In this document: one piece after another, positions 38,392 through 49,600 of the stretch
Layout: each line of letters starts with the position of its first letter
Position numbering within the stretch: the stretch's first letter is position 1
Assembly (NCBI GenBank): GCA_013265495.1
Contig: MU058540.1
Span: forward strand, 1,885,696-1,949,695
Length of the DNA stretch: 64,000 bases
Direction: 5' to 3'
Source of the DNA: Vicugna vicugna
Lineage: Eukaryota
The notes under the pieces: model-generated
What the model saw: the letters and a program-made list of their open reading frames with translations, nothing else
Told to the model about the DNA's origin: nothing
The model's database searches: none
Translations under genes and position numbers: made by a program

Positions 38392-40370
38392 GGGGCAGCA
38401 GGCCTTGGAGGGCCAAGCATCGGGGCAGGCGCCGCCCATGGGACTTCTCCGTTGACCAGCCCTTGAGCACTCGGCATGGCGCCCCAGCTGCGGGATCACA
38501 CTCACGGCTGCCTGGACATACGGCCCCTCGCTCCGTGTATCCCCTGCCACCCTCTCCCTTCCTTGTCTCCCTCCTCAGCCCTTCTTTCTTCTCTTATTTC
38601 TTTGCTCTGTCCCCTGTTTCCTCGCTGTAAGTCTCACTCTTCTTTCCATCTCTGTCCCTCTTTCTCTTCCTGTGAGACAGTTTGTGTTATTTCACCAGCA
38701 GCATAGAACAGGACCTCTGCTTTTGCCCCCCGGGCCCCAGAGCAGAAAGGGAAAGGCCTGCCCTCTGCACCCACAGTCACCTTCGAGGGGCAGGGCCTCA
38801 CTTCTGTCTGCACAGCAAAGGACTCAGCCATCCAAACAAAGAAACACTAAGTTCTCTGGGCCTGGCTTCCTGGGGAAGCCAAGCAGGGCCTGGGCTGACT
38901 GCAGTGGGTCACTGGGTCCCTGGGGGAGGACACCGCACCCAGACTGACCCCACCCTCCCGAGGCTGAGGCTGGTACCGATTCAGTGGACCCCCACTCCCG
39001 CAGCATGCTTCAGCCTCACTGATACCCACCACCCTTCCATTCTTTTCACTGGTCTTCCAGGCCACTGTCGCTGATGGCCCCCTGTGCTGGCCGCTGGGGG
39101 ATGCCCCCCTGCCAGCCTGGATAGAGGTGGGGTTCCCTCCAGGCAGGAATACACCTCCTCCAACGCAATTGAAGAGGAGCAGCGCCCTCAAGGGAGGTGG
39201 ACTTTGGTAGGGAAGGCAGCAAATGGTAAACTTGATTCTGACCTCAGGCCTTGGGGTGGCTCCCCCGTCAGCACCCCACTCTCCACTCCTCTGCAGCAGC
39301 CACCGAGTCCTGCCCATGTTGTGTCAGCACCACAACTCCCACCCCTCTGCCCAGTGCCAGGGCCTGGCCTCAAATGCACTCTTTTCTCTGGCCGGGAGAC
39401 ACTGACACTGGCTCCAGCCCGGCCGAAGCCCTCGCCCCCCACACACTCCCTGGAGCCCCTCCAGCACACACCACGAGCACTGAGATCACTTTACCTGTAG
39501 GTCCCACACCCCCCACTCTCCCCTCTGCGAGACAGGTGAGTGCCCAGAGGGGCTACAGGTGGACCGGCAGAGCTGCGCCCTTATTCCCGGGGCTGGGCCA
39601 GATCCCTTGGTGGGCAGAGGAGTCCTGCTGACCCAGCCCAGCACCTGTTCACAGTGGAGGCACCTGGGATAAACTTACCCAGCGTGTTATGACATCCATC
39701 TGTCCCAGCAGCTCTGCTGCCCTCCCCTTTCCTTGTATTTGGCCCAGCTGGTCACCTGGAACTCTCCCTGCAGCACCTCCAGTGACCAGGGACCTTACTG
39801 GGTCCAGTGCCTCTCCTGGGCCCTGTCCCTCCCGTCCCCCTTCTACCCAGGGAAGTGCACTAGCCTCAGAGTTAGAGCTGGATCACAGCTTGGAGCCCCT
39901 TCTGAGCAAGAGAGCAGAGAGCCCCGCAGGCTGCTTTCCCAGGGAGGAAGCGGGCCTGGCGGGGTGAGGGGCTGGCTGAGGTCACAGAGAAAGGTGGCAG
40001 GAGGCTTGGGGTTAGAACCCAGGCTTTCCGGTTCCTGTCTGGTCTTCCTTCCCAAGGAGCCTTTCCATGCCCCAGGATCCCTCTCTGCTGGCAAGATTCT
40101 TCCCTCTCCACTCCCATCCTCGGCTGACCAGGGATTTGGGTTGGGGCACTCCTTCTGGGCCAGCGCTGTGAAGGGAGAGGCACTGAGCGCCCCCCCATCC
40201 TCATCCCCCGCCCAGGTCTGGTACTGAGGATACAGCTCTTCTCAGTATCTAAACAATCTCCAAAATTGAAATGTATATTTTTGCTAGGAGCCCCAGCTTC
40301 CTGTGTTTTTAATATAAATAGTGTACACAGACTGATGGAACTTTAAATAAATGGGAATTAAATATTTAAG
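38392..40370 (+). other. PPARD: PPARD 3' UTR ending at polyadenylation signal AATAAA (40346-40351)
   Basis: About 2 kb after the stop codon, ending in the AT-rich block ...CTTTAAATAAATGGGAATTAAATATTTAA, which I recall as the mammalian PPARD mRNA 3' end. The cleavage site is approximate. Confidence 0.8.
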
Positions 40371-41899
40371 AGTTGATTTAGGCTAACTCAATTCTTTACA
40401 GTGTTTTTCCTGGAGGCTGATCGAACTCCTCTCCCTCTTCTATATCCAGTGCACAGAGCAGGAGACCGGGCTGGGCAAATGAGACTGTGGAGTGCTGGCT
40501 GGGGGTGTTGATTCTGGCTTGTGAGAGCTGCCCATCTTTCCTCCTCACCTTCCGCGCTGTTCAGCAGATCTGTGATGCTGGGAGCATTTGGGGTGGGAGG
40601 AGAAAAAGGATACACAGCCCCTGGAAAGGATGTGTGGTACCATGGCACAAACCAGGGATAGGTCTGAGGAGGTCTGGGAGGGTCTCAGAAGGGTCCATGA
40701 GGAGGCAGCTTCCCCTGGGTGGGCCTTGGGTGGAATGAGGGACTTGCAAATCCAAAGCCTGTCATTCACTATCAGTTTTTAACCCCACAAGACATCAGGG
40801 CTTCCCTCTTCTTAGTTGACAACCCGGTTTCCTCCTTTTCTTCCGTTGGCGCTATCTTCACAGAGACTCGGGACACGTGAATAAAAAATTTAGGCTGAAA
40901 GAGAAGAACGCAACTTTAAGAGAATTAGAAGATAACTATGTTTGCAATAATTCTATAACACTTCTGAAACTTGAAAAAGTTTATTAAAGAAAAAGGAAGA
41001 AATGAGTCCCACACTGGTAATATCTCTGGGGATCCTGGAAAAAAGCAGATACAAACCTTTCTGGAGGAGAGACAGACAGTACAGAACTCTCACAAAATTA
41101 CAAATAGGAAGAAACAAGCCAGCATGAAAACAAATAGAACCAGCAGTGAAGTTAGCACCCCAGGACATCAAAAAATAGAGCTGTTGGTTATAGCATAGAA
41201 GACAAGTTTTATATTATTAAAAAATAAAAAGAAATGAAAACCATAAGAAAGAAACAGTTTGCTTGTTAAGGGGAAAAAAACAATTTAAAAGAAATTCCTG
41301 GAACTTCTAGAACAAAGGAAAAAACTCAATGAATTAAAAAACAGATTAGACATAGCCAAAGAAATCATCTTTTGCAGCTCAAAGAAGATCTGTAGAAATT
41401 ACCCAGAAAATGGCTTAGGAAAACCAAGATAGAAAACATGGACAGGAAGAATAGCAATACTAACTCATCTGCTGCAGAAGAGAGTGGACGTTGCTATAAT
41501 CAACTTAAACATTTGGCAAAATCTAATAAAGTTAAAACATGCCCATGGATGTGCTCCTCAGAACCCAGGCATGATTTCCATGCAGGCAGGGCTCACAGCT
41601 GAGTTCCTCTCAGGAAGTTGCTCCTAGTGAGGGGAGCTGCCTTGCCCAGGATAAGCACATCCCCTCCTCAGGGGGCCACCTATACCCAACACGTGGGTAT
41701 GAGGCCAGCCTCCCTGCTCCAATTTGAGACAATGGGAAGAATCATCCCAGCTCCGGAGCTGAGGCCTCTGTCATAACTACATTGCAGTTTAATTTCTCTC
41801 TATCTCCAGTCCTGCTTCCTTCAGTTCCTTACAGGTGTTCTAAAGAGCACTCCTCACTGAGTGTCCTGCAAGTAAACCTCCAAATCTATTTCCTGGAAA

Positions 41900-42780
41900 A
41901 GCCAGCCTGACAAAATACCCTAGAGTGAAACCCACCAAATTATACCAAGACTCGTATACAAATTCATTACAGCAATAGCAAAAACTTAAAAACAACAAAA
42001 ATTTTCATCAACAGGAAAATGGATAAACCTGATATATTTATACAATAAAAAAAAACTAGAAGAAACACATGGGAAAATTTGTATATTATCTTGAAGTAGA
42101 CAGACCTTTCAAAAATCTAGCAGACACACAAAAATTTCTAAGTTTCAGGTAGTATACACAAAACTACAAGTCTATAAAATAAAATGAAAGTCTTATTATT
42201 GTAAAAAAAAAGTTACTATGGGGGTGGGTAGGGAATAGCTCAGTGGTAGAGTGTGCTTAGCATGCACAAGATTCTGGGTTCAATCCCCCATACCGCCGTT
42301 AAAAAATGAATTAAACATAATTACCTCCCCCCACCAAAAGAAATGATTTACTGTATACACATTTTAAAAATTTCTTCTGCATTGTGGGGTGGGGGGAACC
42401 ATAAAGAAATAAATTTAAATCGACTATGTAAAAAAAGTATGACATCAGACAAAGGCTAGTTTCCTCAATATAAAAGGCACCTAAAATCATGGAGTAAAAA
42501 GGTCAACAACCCAGTAGAAAAATAGGCAAAGGATATGAACAGGAAAGGAAGTACCTCTGAAATATATGGAATGATGTTTAATCTCATAGTAAAAAATATA
42601 AATTAAAACTGAGATACTGTTGTTTTACATAACATTTTAACAAATACTGACAAGTTTCATTCAGTTGTGTTGGCAAGAGTGTGCAGAAACAGGCACTGTC
42701 ATACTGTTGGTAGGAGTATAATCTGACACAGCCTCAATGGAGGGCAAATTGGCAGTACCTAAAAAATAATTTTACTCCAG
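41900..42780 (+). mobile_element. Degenerate old LINE-1 fragments (also about 40860-41450), interrupted by a SINE
   Basis: A-rich sequence with L1 ORF2-end motifs (aaaggatatgaacagg, ggcactgtcatactgttggtaggagtata). Confidence 0.6.
42220..42340 (+). mobile_element. Vic-1-like SINE
   Basis: tagctcagtggtagagtgtgcttagcatgcacaagattctgggttcaatcccc, then taattacctcccc tail. Confidence 0.88.
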
Positions 42781-43149
42781 CAAAAGTTCAAGAAATAACA
42801 AAGATGTCCAAGACTATTGGTTTCCCAACCTAGTGTCTCAATTTTCTGATAGACATAGGAAGCTTTTTAACTTCAGTTTAAAAAATCTTTCCTTTAACTT
42901 TTAAAAGAATTCCTTTTCTTTGGTCTTTTTAGCTTTCCCAATTTATCTCCCACATGGGGGCATTGTGGTCTAGTGGAGAGATACTGGGCTTTGGAAGAGT
43001 AAGACAGGAATTGAAGGGGAATAGAGCTGGAAGGGCTCTTAGGGCTCCTGGTACCCCTTTCACCTGTACTCAACAGGCCCAGCTCCTTGTTCTCCAATTC
43101 TGTAAGCTATGAATCAACCAGCCATTTATCCTGCCCAAGAGAGAGGCTC

Positions 43150-43543
43150 TGACTGGCCGATTTGCTATCATCCAATCTGGAGCATCCTCATTGGACAGAG
43201 CCTCAGGCAGACCCCCTCCTGGCCACCTCTCATGGTGGTCCTTGCTGAGGCCCTTAAAATCCTTAAACCATCCCCCAGTTTCCTCCAGTAATCACCTAGG
43301 TATCCCTGAAAGCCTTCATGCCCCACCCCACCCACATCTGCAGGCTGGATTGGGCAGCTCAAGGCCCAGCCTCTCAGCCATCCTGCCTCCAACTCTCCAT
43401 CCCTCTTGCCTGCAGCCCTGGGACCCTGGGGAGGGGTGGACCTGGCTGCAGAGCCCCTCCTCCCTTTGGCCCTGCCCTGAAAGGGAGGGATAAAGGAGCA
43501 CTGAAGCAACCCTACCTGATTCTCATTAGGGGCCACAGCTGGG
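43150..43543 (+). promoter_or_regulatory. Candidate non-CpG-island promoter of the makorin-like gene
   Basis: CCAAT at 43172, ATTGG at 43190 and 43349, E-boxes (CATCTG near 43335, CAGCTG near 43536) and TATA-like GATAAA at 43489-43494, about 50 nt before the ATG. Confidence 0.4.
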
Positions 43544-43614
43544 ATGGACCTTGCAGGGCCAGATCACAGCGGCGGTAGCGGGGAGAGCAACCCCTACAAC
43601 CAGCGGCCATGCAG
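43544..43614 (+). CDS. Makorin-like gene exon 1
   Basis: gggATGg strong start context; MDLAGPDHSGGSGESNPYNQRPC(R); AG|gtagga donor. Supplies the first Cys of a C3H-spaced finger completed in exon 2. Confidence 0.7.
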
Positions 43615-46600
43615 GTAGGAGTCTGGGTTTTAGGAGGACATAAGGAAAGTGGGAGAAAAGTCTTTGGGGTTTGGCCTGGCCAGTGAAAGCTCAGTCTCTA
43701 AGAATTTGGGGTGCATCAGGTGGGTGAAGGGGCTTCCTAGCCCCTAGAGAAATCTGGAAGTCTAGAGATTATCTCTCCCCACCTCATAGTCCAGAGGAGG
43801 ATACTGAGACCAGAAAGGGGATAAGACATACCAAGGCTGCACAGCTGAGTCAGGGCTCAATCAGGGTCTGACTATTCAAGGCAGGGATTCCCTGCCTGCC
43901 TTTTTTTTCTTTCACTCAACAAAAGTTTCTTTGCCCAGAAATACCAAACAGCTCCCTGTGGGTGGGATCTGGCCTCTTGGTCACCTTTGTAGCCTCAACG
44001 CATAGCCTGGTGCCAGGTGTTCATAAATGTTTGAATGGGAACACTTCAGTTTGAACATTACACCGTTTGAGAGTCATTCCTTTGGGTACACTAGCTCCCT
44101 AGGTCTTCCATCAGATAGATGTTCATACCTTAGCACAGATTTGTTTTGCCAACAGCTGGAAGAGATCAGTTCTCCCTGGAGTTTGGGTAAAACAGGGATA
44201 ATTGTAGATCTTAGGGTCTCAGGGTGAAGTGGTTTTCCCAGGTTGGGAAGAAAGGAGGCCAGGTAGCAAGAAGAAGGCAAAAAACAAAAATGAGGTGGTG
44301 GGGTTACTAAAGGAGATTTTTCAATTGTTTCTGGCCCTGCCCAAAGATTAGGAAGGAAGATGGCATCTTCGTCTAAGTTTAGGCCCTTGAGTTTTAAAAA
44401 TCCTGCTCAGGGGGCTCCTTTGGCAGACTCTGTCTCCCACTTTCCTGTACCCAACCCTGCCTTCCTCAGCCCTGGCTCTCCTCTACACCCCCTGATCTCA
44501 GCCAACTGTCCAGTCCTGGTGACCCTGGCTCACTGCTCAAGAGTCCATGCTCCAGCCCCCCAGACACCAAGCTGCTTTTGTTGTCTCCCCAGGCTGGATT
44601 ACCTATGATCTCTGCTGCTCTGTCTCTACCCCTTGGCCTCATAAGTTGGCTTAAGAAATTCCCCAAATCCAGCTGCCCTTATCCCTGCCAAATCAATCTT
44701 GGTTAATTAGAGAAGTATTGGGCCGAGTGAGGACACCTGGGTTACAGGGCTAGCTCGAGTCCCAGACCAGTTACTTGACCCCTTTGAGCCTCCGATTTTG
44801 AAAACAAAAAATGTCTCCTGACTTTGAAATCTTGTTTTGAGGATTAAATGAACTAATTTGACAATTCCCTAAACAAAATGTGTTTTATTGATATGCTAAG
44901 GGTGTGTGGGTGGAGGGCTGAAACAAACAACAACAAAAACAAGTTTAAGCAATACTAGGTTAAATCAAACAGGTTCCTTTGCAGGACTTATCATAGCCTT
45001 TAATATGTTCATGTACAATAAGCAATATACAACATGACTCTAAGAAAATATAGAAGGAAGAGTTTCTCAAATCGATTGATCACAAAGCCCCTAGCCCCTT
45101 TGGCTGTGGCTCATCCGATGGGCTAAGAACCCCTGGGACATGCTGGGAGAGCTCTGTCATTGAACCTCGCAGCTTGTGACAGAGCTAGTGTAGTGGCCTC
45201 TCTAGGAAGTCCTGGAGGTCAGCCTCGTGGGTAGTCTTTAGGAAAAGCAAAGCTCTGGGGACTGGGGATAGGAGCCCTGCAAACCCTTCCTCTGAAGTTT
45301 ACTGATTCCTCCCCTAGGATATAAGAGGCTTCTCTTCTCAGGTCACCCACCACTTTCTTGTGACTCATTTCCCTCTCACCCCACCCTCCACCCTCCCTAA
45401 CTTTGGGTGTCACCTTAACCACTGATCTGGTCCCTACCTCACTCCAGCCTCTTCCTGTCTACTCCCCACTTTATAATTGGGAGCAGAAACATACCAGGCC
45501 AGCATCTTCTATAAACCTAAAAGAAATTTGAAAAACCATGTTTCCTTCCATGCTCCCAAGTTATCTAATGGTTTTCATCATATCATAAATTGTTGCAAAG
45601 CTTCCATTTCTAATATATTCTAAGTAGTCCTATTTTAAAATATAGCAATTATATTACTCTTAATTCCAAAAGAGATTTTTAAAAGATGTTTTTAGAGAAG
45701 TTACACACTAAATCAAACATTTTTTTCCCATTACTGAATCTTGCTTCTCCAAGACTGATACTTCAGGCAAGATTTCGACAAATGTGTTGAAAGCTCTCGG
45801 CCCACAAGAACTTGCCCTCAATCTTCCTGCAGGAGCTTCTCAGTTTTCCAGGCCAGGCAGTGAGAATGATTATAAGCACCATGGGGGTACTGGGCTGGGG
45901 CTGGAGTTCTGTGCAGAATCTCAATCCAAGGTATTTCAGGCTGCTTGCTTTGGGTCCTGCCAATGAACTTTCTGTGTGGACAGCTGACCAGCAATAGCAG
46001 GTGAGCAGGGTGGATTTGAATAAGTACATTATCCTTTTCATGTATCCAGTGGCATCTAAATACCAGAGAGATTTCACATATAATGTCATCCATATAAAAA
46101 TATACGTAACCGGTCCTTTCCAGTTTTACATAATTCCTTTTTCTCCTTCAATACCCATTTTACTTTGCCCACAGAATTTTATCCTAATACAATTATTTTT
46201 ATTCTTAGAAGGCTTTTACTGATCATAATATTTATTATCTATTCCTGCAACAAAAATATTTCTTAAACAGAAATTTAATTTTTGTCTAAATTTAGTTATT
46301 AGTAGTACTCAGTTGATCAAAACAATGTAAATATATTATACACTCTCACAGTTAATTACTAAATAACAAAAAATTTTCTTTAGAAAATTTAGATGGGGCC
46401 ATTGCTTTTTTTTTCCCCTCCAAAAAAGCTCATATATCCATGGATAAGCATTACTTATTGTTAGAATAAGACAGGATTTGATATCAATTTTTTTGTTTTT
46501 TTTGGGGGGGGGAGGGGAATTAGGTTTATTTATTTGTTTGTTTTTAGAGGAGGTAGGGATTGAACCCAGGACCTTGTGCAGCCAGGACCTTGCACATGCT

Positions 46601-49600
46601 AAACATGCACTCTACCACTTAAGCTGTACCCTCTCCCCCTTCTATTTTTACTATTTATGAAAGGAAGTACTGAGAAATCTTCACATAAATAAGCAAATGG
46701 AAATGGAAGGTGATTTGTTACAGGAGGGTCACTCAATTCTTTAAATTTCTTCTGAGTTAAATGAAAAAATGACAGTGATCTGAATTAAAATTAAAAATTA
46801 CTGTTTAGGGGGAAGGGTATATATAACTCAGTGGTATAGAGTGCATGCCTAGCATGCACGAGGTCTTGGGTTCAAGCCCCAGTATATCCATTAAGTAAAC
46901 AGATGAATAAACCTAATTACCTTCTCCCTGAAAAAAAAAGATTAAATAAATAAATAATTTTTAAAAATTACTGTTTAGTGATCTTACATTACCCTCCTGA
47001 CCCTCACATGTGCTTCTATAAAAATAACAACAATAACAGCAGCCACAATTATTATTATAAGTGCTATGCTATGTAGTAGTATAATAATAATCATTGGACT
47101 AATGCGTATTACTACTGGCACCTCCTCAAAGGCTTTCCCTGACCACTCTGTCTAAAGCAGATTTCCATCCTGCCAGCCTTTTATTTCTGCCTGAGCTCTT
47201 CCCACCATCTGTTTGTCTTGGTTATCCATGTCCTTGTTGCAGGGCCTGGGCTGAGAGAGGCAAGTAAGGTATGTTGTGCAGGGTTGAATCTTGTCTTTAT
47301 TTAAAAATTTGATATTTTGTTCATCATGGATTGTTTTTGCATAAATTTTGATCTTTTAAAAAAACACACACTAAAATATTACTTCTTATTACTGAGTTTT
47401 TTTGGCATTCCCCTGAATTTTTGTGTCCAAGGTGACAGCCTCCCATGCCTCCCCCCATTCCTGGCCCTGATTTGTTGGTTCTCTGCTTCATCACTTCAGG
47501 GAGCTCCACAGGCAACTTCCATGTCCAGGGGCTCCACGTGTTCTTACAAATGAAGGACCATGTGACTGACGGTCTGGCACCTTCACCAACAAGACTCGGA
47601 GTCTCTTAGACATTCTCTGGGGGGGGAGGTGGGGACCACTCTATGGCAGAGCCCTGGTGTAGGCTGGCAGTCTTTGTTCTCTTGGGACTAGAGTCCGGCC
47701 TCTGTCCCAGCCACTTCACACGTGGGCTTATTCCCCCTCTGAGCAAGGAAGCACATGACAAGAGCACGGGTCCCCAGAGCCCTCGCTCAGGCCTGGACAC
47801 CTAGTAGATTCTCAGCAAACATCTTCCCAACTCAGGCTCCTCCCACCCTCCCACCTCCCACCCTGGCCCTCAAATGTCCCTCTATAGTAGTGGTGATGAC
47901 GATGATGATGTCAGCAGAGTATTAAGAACAATTAAATATTTATTGAGGGCTTGCTACGTGCCAGGTACAGTTATTCCTGAGTATCTGCGGGTTCTGTACC
48001 CCAGATGGAAAATATTTGGGAGAAAAATTCCACAAAGTTCCAAAAAGCAAAACATAGCATTTACATTGTATGAGGTATTATAAGTCATCTAGAGATGATT
48101 TCAAGTATACAGGAGGATGTACGTATGTTATCTGCAAATAATGCCACTTTATATAGGGGACTTGAGCATCTGTGGATTTTGGTGTCCACAGGGGTTCTGG
48201 AGCAAATTCCCCAAGGATACCAAGGGATGACTGTACTTCTACATATACTGTCTCATTTAAGTTTTACATCATCCCGTGAAGTAGGTACTAATATTATTCC
48301 CATCTTACACATGAAGAAACTGTGGCATGGAAAAATTGTCCAAGATCATACAACCAAGAAATAGTGGTACCTGGCAGAACTAGCTATATCATTTGTGAGA
48401 CCTGGCACAAAATGAAAATCAGGGCTCCTTGCTCAAAAATTTAATTATTTTAAGATGGCAACAGCAGAGCTTTAAAGCAAGTGTGGGGCTCCTGTGTGAC
48501 AACACGGGCCTGTGCCCAAGGAGCCAACCCTGGTACCAGAATCTGAACTCAGAATTCTGACTCCAGAACCCACAAGCCTCTGTGTTTGGAGAAAGTCCTA
48601 GGAATCCCTGTAATTTACTGAGAACCTGCTTTGTGCATTGTGAGAAATCTTCAAAAGCCCTCACAACATCCCTGAGGTAACAGTGAGGTATTGTCACCCT
48701 GATTTTTAAGAGTGAGGAAACCAAGCTTTGGGAAGCTGAGTTACCCACCAGGGTAACTGAGTTACCCCAGGGTTACCCAGGGGGGCCAGGCTTTGAACAC
48801 AGGACCATCTCTGGAGCCTATGTTCTTGTACCACATGGCCTCTTTCTATAAGGATCACCAAGGCAGGAACTAAAATGGGGCTCGGCGTGACTCAGACAAT
48901 CTCTTAGGAACTTTGACCCAGAAGCCTGTCACTGGGGCTCGAGCTGCTGCTTTGCTCAAGACCAGAAGGCGTCCCAAGTCTGCAGATACTTCCAGCGAGG
49001 CTTCTGCTTCCACGGAGGTCGGTGCAGGTAAGCCCCTCTTCTCCTGGAATGGGGGGCAGGCTGGGGGACTTGGGAGGAATCATCTCTGATGGGCCATGCA
49101 TCCTCCCAGAGCCTCCTCTGCCCACTCAGCTCCAAGGTCTAGGCTGAGCTAGCTCTGAGCCCAGGAGGGGCCAGCCTTGTCTCCTTACCCTTTCCTTCCT
49201 CCCTACAGCTACCAGCACCCACAGCCTCCCCGGCACCTTGAGTGGGGCCGCCGCCACTCAGAGCCACAGATCACCCTGCCAGGATCCCAGCTGGGGCTGA
49301 CCCGCAGGGGGTCCGAGCCCACCTACCTGCCCTCTGTGGCTGTGGGTTGGGGCTGGGCCAGGGGATACCGGGGCATGGAGCCTGGCCTGGAGGAGTTCAA
49401 CAAAGCTGAGGAGGTTGGTGGCAGTTCCTGGAAGTCCCTGTTGCCATCATGTGAGTCATCAGGGGCACTGCAGGTGGGCACTAGTGGGATCTGAGACCAG
49501 GGTTCCTGCTCTGTCTCTGAGCAAGTTTCTATTTCTTTCCACCCCTCTCCCTCCTCAAGATTCCCAGGCAGAGGGGAAGTTTCCTCCGACTCTGTTGCTT

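Noticed and set aside
35110..38550. Several long antisense ORFs over PPARD exons (e.g. 35110-35823, 36899-37405, 38167-38550)
   Set aside because: Shadow frames of GC-rich coding exons.
42228..42296. tRNA-like sequences with A and B boxes (also near 46810, 50780, 55536 and minus-strand copies)
   Set aside because: Diverged stems, a shared non-tRNA tail, A-rich ends and TSDs mark them as SINE copies rather than tRNA genes.
45500..46480. AT-rich block with short ORFs on both strands inside makorin intron 1
   Set aside because: No protein similarity I can recognise; probably an old transposon relic, but I cannot assign it without a repeat search.
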